DNA of 63,296 bases, the filler included, from Rhabdomonas costata (Eukaryota), in NCBI GenBank assembly GCA_019059605.1. It is 48 parts of 48 records of this genome, joined end to end, with 100 filler letters (N's around TTAATTAATTAA, not from the genome) between each part and the next. Parts side by side here need not be neighbours in the genome. Positions count along the whole stretch, not along the records: positions 11,899 to 13,123 come from JAHMHO010023041.1; positions 13,224 to 14,446 come from JAHMHO010023042.1; positions 14,547 to 15,768 come from JAHMHO010023043.1; positions 15,869 to 17,090 come from JAHMHO010023044.1; positions 17,191 to 18,414 come from JAHMHO010023045.1; positions 18,515 to 19,736 come from JAHMHO010023046.1; positions 19,837 to 21,057 come from JAHMHO010023047.1; positions 21,158 to 22,379 come from JAHMHO010023048.1; 40 more parts are not named here. The stretch is one strand, 5' to 3'. This document shows positions 13,005-24,308 of the stretch, piece by piece. The notes below the pieces were generated by a model. The model saw nothing but the letters and a program-made list of their open reading frames with translations. It was not told where the DNA came from and ran no database searches. Positions within the stretch are counted from its first letter, which is position 1. The number at the start of each line of letters is the position of its first letter. The position numbers and the translations under genes were made by a program.

Positions 13005-14060
13005 GGGGGTGCAGGTAGAGGTGGACCTAAAAAGATGTATCCTCCCGGCGCCAGACATAAATACCAAAACGAAAATGCAAAAGACCACCACCACGTAAAA
13101 AGGGGCGCCGGGGTGCATGTGGGNNNNNNNNNNNNNNNNNNNNNNNNNNNNNNNNNNNNNNNNNNNNTTAATTAATTAANNNNNNNNNNNNNNNNNNNNN
13201 NNNNNNNNNNNNNNNNNNNNNNNGGGGGGGTTTGCAGGCCTCAGTGGTAGCCGTGTATTACTTCTCGAAGCTGGTGCTGGACATTCTTTGGAGGTGTGTT
13301 TTTCACGTGAAATCCGATCTCGTTTGTATGTGTGTGTGTGTGTGTTTGTGTGTGTCGGGCTTTCTAAGGTCCCCCGAACACTCTAGATTGAGGTTCAGAT
13401 GGAGAAGGCAAACCAACACTATGTGGCAAGTGAGCGTGGCAAGGCATTCTTTCCAATTCCACGGATTCCGTGGGCATGTTTTTATGTGGATGTTTAATCA
13501 TGATTTGTTTGTTTTGAGGGCAGAAAGGGAGATGCTGCACGAAATTAGAAGGGGCCCGATCGCTTTGATGCTGGCCTCCGAAGCCCAGGAGTTCGCTGTG
13601 AATTTTCCTTCAGGTGCTGGCCGAAAGTAAATGGTCTCCCACACTAATGCTCGCTAAAATGTTTTAGCCTGATGCTAAAGGTGAAGCTTTTTTGTTTTGG
13701 ATGGCATCAGGATCACTATTTCATGTGGCTGTTGTTGATGTTTGCTGGCTGGCGGAATGCAGGTCCCGGGACGAGATCGCGTCCAAGATGGCGCAGTTTG
13801 CAGAGGTCAGGCCCCACTACACAAACAAATGCGCTGGCAAATTCAGTTTGTATCGACAACGTTTCGGGCAGGAATTGCACTCGAGCAATTTTCGATTGAA
13901 GGTGCTCTTGGTACCTTTTTTTCGAGCCATATATCAGTGTGCTGTGATAATCTCCGTCGTAGCACTCGCGAAGAGGAAATGGTATGCGCGGTGAAGTGGT
14001 GGTGGTGAGGACGTCTCCCTCTCACCCCATTGCATCGGTTCTCCTCTCTGTATCCCGCAG

Positions 14061-14289
14061 ATGATTAACAACCTGTACCCCCCTGAGATCTCGCGGCGGA
14101 TGCTGCTGGGGGAGGAGCGGGTGTGCGACCCCGTGGCCGAGCTGACGTTCCTCTTCGCGGACATCGTCCAGTTCACCGTGCTGGCCAACGGAATCAGCCC
14201 CACCGAGCTGGTGGAGTTTCTTGCCTACACCTTCGGGGTGGTGGACCACATCGCGGACTACCACGGGGTTTACAAAATCAAAACCATAG
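14061..14289 (+). CDS. Exon of a class III adenylate/guanylate cyclase catalytic domain
   Basis: NLYPPEI...LTFLFADIVQFT...VDHIADYHGVYKIKTIG matches the FADIVGFT and KIKTIGD motifs. CAG acceptor; homology stops at AG|GCATCT (GC donor). Candidate upstream small exons at 13238-13293, 13763-13805 and about 13963-13981. Confidence 0.9.
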
Positions 14290-14295
14290 GCATCT

Positions 14296-14297
<2 letters not shown>

Positions 14298-14330
<33 letters not shown>
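14298..14330 (+). repeat. (CT)n microsatellite in intron
   Basis: Direct observation. Confidence 0.95.
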
Positions 14331-14333
<3 letters not shown>

Positions 14334-16599
14334 TACTCAGCTCAGACTTGCACACTCACTCTCACCCTGCTTCCGCTTTTGGTCCGCGCTTTTTTCGGGG
14401 TGCGGAAGGGGGGGGGGAGTGAAGCGATACTTTGGCAAAAACACACNNNNNNNNNNNNNNNNNNNNNNNNNNNNNNNNNNNNNNNNNNNNTTAATTAATT
14501 AANNNNNNNNNNNNNNNNNNNNNNNNNNNNNNNNNNNNNNNNNNNNTGTGGTGGGTGTGGGCATTGCATGGCATCGCGGCGCGTCGCATCACCATCCGCA
14601 CCCCCCCCCACTACAGTATCGAAGGGAGTTAGTCGACAATATCACTTTCCTTTCAAAGGAACATTCCATTTATGGGACGGTATTTGTAGAAGTAGCATAG
14701 AAGAATGGTGACCTGTGGGTAAGATCATGACACGCTTTGCTCGAACGCAAGTGCACATTCGGGACACGACTATCTCGACCAACCATGGACGAGAGAGCAA
14801 AAAGCGAGGGAGCGTTATCGATCGATGCCACCCCGCAAACCTCATCCTGAACATAAGGACCATCGTCCTCTCCTTCCCGCTGCGGGTGGCCAGAGAAAAG
14901 CCTTTGGTGCGAAGTAACCGCGAGAAGTACCGCAATAAGCAGTAAACACCCAAGCACCCGAAGATGCAAAACCACACACACCTCCGCCACACGGGGTTCA
15001 GAATCTTCAGAAAGGCAAATGGCTGTATTTCTTTCAGTTGCAATCCTGAGGGGAAACCGAAGCAAGCCTGGGGGTCTGACCGAAATGATGATAAACGCCG
15101 CGAGCTGGGGTGGTCGAATGCTGGGCGAGTGAGTGGGTGGGCCACTCACCCAACCCTCGGGTCTGTTTGGTCTTCATACCTGCATCGCACACTGTCCTTC
15201 TGCAAAACTTACTCGCCGATAAAAATGACACAACCATCGTGCGTGAACCCACCAACCCACCATATGTCTGCAATAAGGAGCCCCATCCCCGAATCTCCAC
15301 ATTGTCAGGGTTGCTGCGAGAAGGCAGTTCACAACTCAGAAAAGAACGATAGCAAAAAGCACAACGCCAACAGGTCGCCACAACCGAAAAATTGATTAAA
15401 CTCAGTATTACAGAAATTAATCCCCCTCCAAAAAAAAAAAGAGGCTTCACACCTGAGAAACTCAGCTAACCCCTATCCGCTTTAACAGCCCTGCACCCCA
15501 ACTAACGGCAAAGCAAAGGGCAGGGCAGGCTTGCCCTCAAGCACCTCGTCTGAGGGCGAGAGAGAGAGTCAGAGAGAGAGCTCCAAAGGGCCCCGACCGA
15601 AGGCTCCCCACCAAAACTCTCGAACATCTCCGCAGTTCCCATTTTCGGGTGATATGAACAGCGCATATTTGTCCACTTCCGCTTTGCCCGAAATTCAGAA
15701 GTGCAACGTGGGAAGGCCGTCGCAAATGGAAGCCGTGCTGCATTGAACTAGTCCCCAGCCGCGACATANNNNNNNNNNNNNNNNNNNNNNNNNNNNNNNN
15801 NNNNNNNNNNNNTTAATTAATTAANNNNNNNNNNNNNNNNNNNNNNNNNNNNNNNNNNNNNNNNNNNNGATCTCGAAGGGCAAACGGACTGAACAGGGCA
15901 GTACCTTATTGGCCAAAATCGCTTGCCGAAATGCCTTCCGCCCGAAGTTCTGCGGGACACTGGGCTAACCCTGCGCCTTGTCTTGTGGTGGTGGCAGGAC
16001 GCATGTTCGAAGGCTCGCTCTATATAGGGACCACATGGTTTTGGGGTCTTCTGGGACTTTTGCGGGCGCCAGAAGATGAACAGGCCTGAAAAGCACCACG
16101 TCTCTCTGCTGGCATTCCAAGAAGTTGCATCCACGGGAACACTCGAAGAAGACCAGAAAACAACATCGAGATAAACTTTTGCCTTCACCAACCCTTCGTT
16201 AATTAAATGTTGGAGGGGTTCCGCGGACCCTTCCCCTGCCCATGGTCCGGAGAGGTAAAAGAGAGCTTGGCGACCCATGAAAACGTATTAATTGGTCTAT
16301 CCATTAGGGCTCTTCAGTAGCATCGTCCGGTGTGCGAACCACTGGTGTCCAGTGTAGTCCCTGTTTATTGAAAAGGTTGGAAGGGTTGTTCTTAAAGTGA
16401 AAGAAAGAATCAACTTATCAATCAATCAATCAATTTTTGCATACACGGGGCAGTGTGGGCAGGTCCGAGGAGGTGAAAGGGAATAGCCCTTCGCACCTTG
16501 TGTTTGCGCAGCTCCAGTACGTGTGCGTCTTACCGGAGATGAACCCCAAACCCCGCAGTTTTGGATCAGCGCTGTCTTGAGGAACAGTGGATGGGAATT

Positions 16600-16977
16600 C
16601 CGGCCTTTTTGGCACGTTCAAAGTGAAGGAACGGGTTGAAGTTCTCCACTTCGAAGGGGAGGTCTCCAGGCTTTACCTCGATGACGTTCATGTCCGTGGC
16701 AAGCCACGCATCGCCTTCGGTACGGAAGTAAAGGACAATGCCTACAATTGGGAACAAATATGTATTGGCACTGAAGGGAGAAACTTTTTTCATCGCATTT
16801 TATCCGAGAAGGGAAGATTATGTGCGCGCGGACACACACATTGGCCAGCTTGGAACATCTCCGAAGCGTGTCCAGCGAGCTCCCTGAAGGTCTCCCGTGC
16901 CTCCAGGTTGGCTATGGCGGTATCCCCCACGCCGTCCATCACAAAAATGCTCTTGGTCAACGTGAGCTTCACGACTT
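16600..16977 (-). CDS. Two exons (about 16977-16846 and 16741 downward) of a possible GT32-like glycosyltransferase, joined by a GC-AG intron at 16845-16742
   Basis: A phase-1 join gives ...AGHASEMFQAGIVLYFRTEGDAWLATDMNVIEVKP..., loosely like GT32 'SD..R...LY..GG.y.DtDv..lkp'. The end of the second exon is uncertain. Confidence 0.35.
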
Positions 16978-17290
16978 CTGTCGTTTTTTTTTTTTGAGCA
17001 AACGCTCTTGGACAGCCTTCGCCATTGCCATTTCCAGCTCGACTGATCCCCGAAGTGTTTTTATCGACACAACTTTGCACCCCCCCCACCNNNNNNNNNN
17101 NNNNNNNNNNNNNNNNNNNNNNNNNNNNNNNNNNTTAATTAATTAANNNNNNNNNNNNNNNNNNNNNNNNNNNNNNNNNNNNNNNNNNNNGTGGGGGTGG
17201 GGGCTACCTGCACCCCCAGATAGAAAGAGGGTAAAAAAAGTAAAAATGCTGAGTTCTTGCTGGTCGTATACGCCCAGGTAGTGAAACATA

Positions 17291-17355
17291 ACCAAATCAA
17301 ACCAAACCAAACCAAACCAAACCAAACCAAACCAAACCAAACCAAACCAAACCAA
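17291..17355 (+). repeat. (CCAAA)n pentanucleotide microsatellite
   Basis: About 13 tandem units. Confidence 0.95.
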
Positions 17356-18238
17356 GCACCTTTTCGAATTATGAAATGATTAAACGGATGACCTGATGAA
17401 GCTACAGAGGAGAGGAAGGAAGCAAACTCCGACATGCAAAAAAGAAAATCCTTTTCTTTGGTCTGGGTTTTATTCCTTGTCCTCTCTCTTTACATGCTTG
17501 GTTTGATTAATTTTCAGGGCTTCTTCGCCTTCACGGCATGCTTCGAGCATCTCCGTTGATGCGTCTGGGAACAAACGTGGACAAAACAGGAAGCTAAAAG
17601 GCTGCACCGCGGAGGGGCGAACGGCGTTGCGTCGAGAGCTTTTGTAGCGTAACCGCAAAAAGAGTGGTTCCAAGGCGGGCTGGAACGCTGATCAGGCTGG
17701 CGGGTAAAAGAGCTTAGAATATATGTCACGGCCAGGCTTGCAACATCACCACTTACGTGTAACCCGGCCGGTGGTTCCACTGGGATCGGTGTTTAGCAGC
17801 CGTATCCCGACTATGCTTTTGCAAAGTGGGCGCTGTCCCGGCTTACCTTGGGTGCCACCAAGAGCGTGACTTTCTTACGACCGGTACGGCTTCGACTTGC
17901 GTCCGAAGTCTGGCGTGCGAGGGAACCTGAGGTCTCCCTCGGTCAGCGGTGAGAGTGTCCTGTCTGATGCTGCAACGGAGGGAGGCGTGCAAGGTTTTTG
18001 GGTCTTTCATGGGTGCTTTGGTGCGTTATGCAAAGGGGGCGGCGAGGCCTCTCTCTTTAGCTCGGCTTTTTGACCACTCCGCGGTCACTCCGCCAACCAA
18101 CAGAAGTGGAAGGGGGTACGAGCTTTGCAAGTGGGAACATGGTGTCTTGACTTCTGCGGGCTCGCGGCCTCGGGCTCTGCTTATTCACGGGGGCGGGCTG
18201 GGTGCGACTCTGGCTACCCCTTATGCCTCTCTCCTCCA

Positions 18239-18304
18239 TTCAAGCAGGCTGGGACTTACGCAGCACTTACGCAGCAACAGTGCAAGGACAGCAGCGTTCA
18301 CAAC
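18239..18304 (+). repeat. Dispersed repeat, second copy at 34368-34433
   Basis: 66-bp alignment with 3 mismatches between two unrelated contigs. Confidence 0.9.
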
Positions 18305-18579
18305 CACAACGGCAGCAGCTACGATCCCCACACTCTACCTCCCTCTGGGCTTTGCGCCGGCTCTTTCACCTCCGCGCTTCTCCCTTGCAACCTAATTACA
18401 ACGCACACACCACCNNNNNNNNNNNNNNNNNNNNNNNNNNNNNNNNNNNNNNNNNNNNTTAATTAATTAANNNNNNNNNNNNNNNNNNNNNNNNNNNNNN
18501 NNNNNNNNNNNNNNGTGTGGGGGGTGACAGTGCGAATGTTGGGCTGGTGGGTTGGAGGAGTGGGGTGGGGCTGTGCCAG

Positions 18580-19416
18580 CCTATGGCGGGCCTGACGGCG
18601 GTGCTGCTGCACTTCTTTGTGATGGAAGAGTTGACGCATCGCCAGCGAGAGGAGCTGGCGGAGCGGGAGGCCATGGAATCGCTGAAGAAGGTTACGTTGC
18701 CTGTGTGGTGGGCGCGTGGGGTTGGGCAACCCTATTATGTATACTTTGAGTTAGTGCGTGAGTGTGTATGTTTGTGTGCGTGTGTCAAATAGTGGGAGGA
18801 GTGTGGATTGATGTTGGAAGGTTTCCCACTTCCCCCTGGGCTCTGTGTCCTGGAATCAGTTTTTTATTTCATAATGACTCTTTGGGGAAGGGAAGGGTGG
18901 AGAAATAAAGTGTGAAGGTGCCGCAGGTGAGTTAGATGGATTGAAAATAAGGAACCAAAGCGGAAAAAGTGAATTGTGGTCAATTGTGGGGTGGGGTGGG
19001 GAGTGCGAAACTAATGGTAAGTCAAGGCATACATGTGGTTTTTTGCATGACAGTTTTTTCAAAAAGGCTATAGTCCGCTTTAGCTGCTTGCCATTAGCCG
19101 CCATATGCTAAGCTAAGAACGGTTCCCCCATCATATCTTTAAATTTTCGATCGAGTCGTTAATAGGAAGAAATATTGTTTTGGTGCAATGTTTACCATTG
19201 CTTAGCCACTGCCTTGTCCTCAGTCCTTAGAGTGTGCTTCTTTACCAACGTAAATTGTGGCAGGCAGGTTTTTCAAAATTCGCATGGATCCTTGTGAATG
19301 ATCGATGGGTAGTGAAGAATTTGGGGGGAATTGGGGAGCTGCGGATGACACAGATCGAGGAGCTGAGCGGCCTTCTTGTGGAAGGTCGTGTGAAACTCGA
19401 TGCGGCCACCGCTGAG
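18580..19416 (+). CDS. Two exons (18580-18690, 19264-19416), hypothetical protein
   Basis: Both are AG/GT-bounded, lengths are multiples of 3, and they join in frame: PMAGLTAVLLHFFVMEEL...SLKK + AGFSKFAWILVNDRWVV... Confidence 0.55.
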
Positions 19417-19956
19417 GTGTGTTTTCTTTGATAGCCTTTGACTGACTCGTTTTGTCTCTCTTTTGGTCCCGATACGAATCCGTACATACCGATTCCACGG
19501 TTTAGTCTACTCAGGGACTACCACGCACTCTGTATTTCCCTGCACGCACGAATTTCCGTTCGATCAGTTCGATGACCCGTCAGTTGCTCGTTGCTAACAG
19601 TGCCCCAGCCCCCAACCCAAAAGAGCCGTCGCTCCCCAACCAATTGCGTGTAATCCTTCTTTCAATGGATTTTCTTGAAAAGGCGCATCTATGGCCATCC
19701 TCTTCTCCTCTGCTCCTTCCTTGCGATGGTATCTCTNNNNNNNNNNNNNNNNNNNNNNNNNNNNNNNNNNNNNNNNNNNNTTAATTAATTAANNNNNNNN
19801 NNNNNNNNNNNNNNNNNNNNNNNNNNNNNNNNNNNNGTTGTGGTGGACCGCTGGCTTCTGGTTTCAGTCACCCCTTCTCTGATGATGACCCAGCTGACAC
19901 CATCATCTTACATCATATATTAAGAGCTTTTCCACCTCATTTCACACATTTTGCAG

Positions 19957-21057
19957 ACACTACCGTCACCTCCACCGTGACAGCTACGTCAACTCCAAGC
20001 TCAACCCAAACCAGAACGAGAACTGTCACCTTCACGCCAACAGGTGGTGAGGCGACATCTGTCCCGCGAAAAACCTTTGAAGAAAGCCTTCTGTCTTTTT
20101 GCTTTCGCACCACGCTCATCCATGCACCCTTCATTTTCTTTTGAAAATTTGGTGTAGAGGCTTCCAGGAAAAAAATCGTACCTCTTTTATTTGTTGGAGG
20201 GATGTTATCTAAACGTTTAGCAATGCTAAATGTTCGAAATTCCCTAACTCTTCTCAAGCCAATGTCCATCTAAAAGACAGAAAATAGTATGCATAACCCC
20301 GTTTTGCTAAAATAAATGCGATGTGGAGGTAACGGCACTGCTTAGCCAACCCCTCTGCCCAGAAAAATACCACCCAAAAAAAATATGCGATTCGGTCGTT
20401 TAGCAGTGCTTAAAGAAAGCATCGCCCACTCCATGGAACGTCGCCACCCATCTGGCCGCTCCGGCAGCGCCGCGGACTCGCTACCGGCCCTAAAATAACC
20501 TTGTCCCATTCTTTTGTCAAAGCCGAGCAACGACAATGACAAAAATTATATCCGTGCTAAATGTTTAACCCCCCCCCCCCGACAATGTTGGGGCCAGATA
20601 ACCTGCCTTTTCAGCACAAACATGTCTTTAATGAGAGCTATCAACTATTGCATCTGGGCCGCGGATTGCATGAGAATTTCTTTTTCAGTGAGGACAGCAT
20701 CAATAAAGCCAAAACAGAGAAAAAATGCCTTAATTAAGAGAAGAGGATCCCAGAGTTTTCTTATGCGCCTTTGAAACAACGCTAGTGTTTGTATATGGTC
20801 CAATTGGGCTCAAGGTTGGCCTGTTGTGAAAAGATTGTGTCCCGGTAGCCCCCATATGTTGCCCTTAATCTTTAAGCTGGAGGAGCAGGATTGTGACACC
20901 CGGTCTTCCCCTCTGAGAGTTGGCAACCAGACGTCAGAAAGCTGGTTCATATGTCTTACCCGGATTTTGCAGACTCTTACGAAAAACCAACCAAGAGCGG
21001 CACCACCACGGCGACCCGAACCCCGACCGGAACAACCACGTCCACGTCCACAACCAC
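19957..21057 (+). CDS. Thr/Ser-rich mucin-like exons (19957-20043, 20973-21057 partial)
   Basis: TTGCAG acceptors, phase-1 join; TTVTSTVTATSTPSSTQTRTRTVTFTPT / DSYEKPTKSGTTTATRTPTGTTTSTST. Confidence 0.6.
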
Positions 21058-21166
21058 NNNNNNNNNNNNNNNNNNNNNNNNNNNNNNNNNNNNNNNNNNN
21101 NTTAATTAATTAANNNNNNNNNNNNNNNNNNNNNNNNNNNNNNNNNNNNNNNNNNNNGGTGGTGTT

Positions 21167-21275
21167 GGGCAAAAATTACCTCATTGTTCAGGTGGCCACC
21201 GGCCTCAATTCAGCGCCCGTCGTGGATCACATTTTGAGGCCGGTGGCCACCTGAACAATGAGGTAATTTTTGCCC
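21167..21275. repeat. Perfect 42-bp inverted repeat (hairpin) at contig start
   Basis: 21167-21208 is the reverse complement of 21234-21275; 25-nt loop. Confidence 0.95.
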
Positions 21276-21376
21276 TGTGACACCACGCATCTCTCTGTCA
21301 GGTCACACACACACACACATTCGCTCTACTCGGTGACTCCTCTCTCTGGGTTATTTACGTGCCCCCCATTTGCCAG

Positions 21377-22190
21377 GCCGTTTACCTGGGGGCGTGGGCG
21401 ATGCACACCACGCTGAGGGCGGTGCGGAGGCGCGCCCTGTCGTGGGTCTACGCCGTGCTGTCCAAGGAGGACGAGTTCACAAAATTCATTGACATCGGGC
21501 CCGTGAACAAGGCCATGAACTATCTAGCGGTGTACGCCACAGAGGGCCCGCAGAGTTCCAACGTGGCCCAGCACCTGGAGCGCCTCCAGGGTCTTTGCGC
21601 ATGGGAGGGAGAGTATTGGAAGCCCCCTCCATCTCCTGGAAGAATGCGCCGGGAGGCCACAGAACGCTCATGACACCTATGAAGTTTTGATGGCCCCAAG
21701 CTCATAATCCATCTGAAAGGCATGGTTATGGTTTTACGCTAAAAAAATGACAAGACCTTGGAATAAGCCGCGTCAGAGGCCGCTTTGGAAAACGCAAAAA
21801 AAGAGGGAGCAGGGGAGAAACAAAGTTGGCACTGCTCCTCGTACAGAGCGCAAAACTTGCCAAACGTTCAGGAGAATCGCGGGCGTGGGCGTGCCTCTAT
21901 GGTGTCCTTTCTGCTTTTGTTATCGCATTTTCGCCCTGGCTGGGCAGCTGTCTGCCTCTCTTCTTTTTCTCCTGCACCTTCTCCTGTCACCAGACTACCT
22001 GTGGCTGGGTCGCGACGGGATGAAGATGAACGGCACCAACGGATCGCAGCTGTGGGACACCAGCTTCACTGTACAGGCCCTGGCGGAGTGCCACCCCAGG
22101 CTGCAGGCCCTGGGCCTGCAGCGCACCTGGACACGGGCCTACGAGTTCATCGAGGTTAGCCAGATCGTCAAGAACCACCCTGAGGGCCAG
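21377..22190 (+). CDS. Oxidosqualene cyclase (lanosterol/cycloartenol synthase family), exons 21377-21590 and 21994-22190
   Basis: [18 protein letters not shown]...[31 protein letters not shown]...SQIVKNHP are hallmark OSC motifs; the GT-AG intron joins in phase 1. Confidence 0.95.
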
Positions 22191-24187
22191 GTATTCGTCG
22201 TGTGGCTGGAACACTTTCTCTTTTTTTCTTTTCAGTTGACATTTGTTTCCTCTCCTTTTTACTGACTGCGGTTGTGGATATGTGCGTCCTTTGAGGGACG
22301 TCTGGAGTTTATGATCACATGTATTTAATACAGTCACGCGGAAAAACGTGCCAGGATTGCTTTCCAGGCCCCAAGTGGCNNNNNNNNNNNNNNNNNNNNN
22401 NNNNNNNNNNNNNNNNNNNNNNNTTAATTAATTAANNNNNNNNNNNNNNNNNNNNNNNNNNNNNNNNNNNNNNNNNNNNGTGGTGGTTTCAAAGCAGCAA
22501 AATCTCTTCAGCAACGCCACCAAGTCCAAAGTCAAAGCCAAGGACAAGCCTTACACCCCGTTGCCGGACACCTCCAAAGCGGCAGGTCGTGATCCTGCCC
22601 TCTAACCCTGCCGTTGTTACCATCCTTGCATTTCTTGCAAAACGCTTGCCGTGCTGGGCACACACATCTTGGCCCATTTTCGCCCATGGGTAAGGAACAG
22701 CTCCAAAGATGGGTAAGCAATAACTCAAAAGCAAAAGAAACTTTTTCGAATTCGAACGAGGCCACCTGAAGACCTAAAAAGGGAAGCAGGGTATTAGCCG
22801 ACAAGAAAGCAAAAAAAATGGCCAAAGCGAAAAGCTGTCAGAAACCGAAGCGTCTAGCTTCTGAGCTGAGACCCACCTAGTTTCTGTGGGACGAGGAATG
22901 TCAGTTCAAGGAGAGGGACGAGTGGTCTGCTTTTCGCTTTTCCTGCACCCCTGCATATGTGCTTTTCGGGATGTTGCTGATCAATGCGGCACTCAAATAG
23001 AAGCCAGCCGAACCCGATGGCGATGGCGATGGCGTGAGACGAAGTCACCTTGGCCACGGACCCAGCATATGCAACGGATGCCACCTGTCTGCATGGGGGA
23101 CCGCTTGAAAGGGCATCACAAAGTTCATTCTTGGATTCTTGATTTCACGACAGGACCAGGCATTTTGAAATGGTGGCCGTGAGGCTCTAAAACTATTAAA
23201 TACTGGCATGTCACTGGTCATCTTCGTATGGATAACGTCTTCTGCCCTGGTCGTACTGCCCTGCCACGAACCGGTCTGAGTGTTTTTCACAGGGGTTATA
23301 TTTGTTAACCAAAATTCCAAAATTCTTTTCTTCTCTCAAGGGGGCGGGGGGCTGAAACCGAAGGTCTTGCTGAAAAAGTGGCCTCCTCTCTGGCGCAGCC
23401 GCCTTTGTTTGTTGCCCTCTCCCTCAGAGTCCCGCCAAGGTCCACAAGCAGCGGAAAAGGCACTGGGGCAACCTCCCGTGCAGAACCTCATAACGGTACG
23501 TGTGTGCCTCCGTCTGTCCCAGCATCTTGGTGATCACACCTCCACGGATCGGGTTAGTGGTTAGGGGGCTCTTCAGAAAAGCTCTGGATCGAGGTTGCCT
23601 GGTCCAAGTGGATGTCTGGTTTTGAGAAAAGACCAACCCCTATGCCTGCTCAAGAACTTCGCACACTCCTGCTGAGTTTTTAGAAAAATGCGCTTGAGAT
23701 NNNNNNNNNNNNNNNNNNNNNNNNNNNNNNNNNNNNNNNNNNNNTTAATTAATTAANNNNNNNNNNNNNNNNNNNNNNNNNNNNNNNNNNNNNNNNNNNN
23801 TGTGGTTGTATTGGATTTTTCTAGAGCTTTCTTATCGGGGTTTGGGGTCCGGCACCAGGTTACCGATGGAGAGGTTACGTTCACATCATGGGCATCCTCG
23901 CTGCCCTTGTTCTCATAACTTCACCACCTCTTCAGCCAGCTGTGAAGCTTCCGCCGAGTCCGCACTCTCCGCTCACCACCTCGCGCACAACATTCAGCAC
24001 AAAAGTCATTCAGTACCACTGAACGTTTCGCGAGCCCCCAGTCAGAACATTGCAGCATTCAGGAACGCGTGGGGGATTGACGGGGCACATTCATTCTTGA
24101 GTGAACAATTACTCTCTGATCTCTCTGATCGTTCATATTTTGCTTTTCGTCTTCCCTCGAACCGCAGAAACATCGACAGAACATTAC

Positions 24188-24308
24188 CTGCGCCGATGCG
24201 TCCTTGCGTCCCACTGAGCAGCACCTCAACGGCGGCGGTGAAGGAAAGAGTGCCCTCCGAATGGGCCTTCTTCTTTTTCGTCTTTTTCGTCTTTTGCTCC
24301 TCCTCCAC
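24188..24308 (-). CDS. Exon, hypothetical Lys-rich protein
   Basis: CTCTTCAG acceptor, G|GTAATG donor; VEEEQKTKKTKKKKAHSEGTLSFTAAVEVLLSG... Confidence 0.4.

Noticed and set aside
12170..13110. Partial matches to kinetoplast minicircle conserved blocks (GGGGCGT, GGGGTTG)
   Set aside because: No full GGGGTTGGTGTA and no correct block order or spacing; explainable by chance.
15180..15300. ADKND motif suggesting a Penelope-like RT
   Set aside because: Only one short motif, with no downstream RT motifs.
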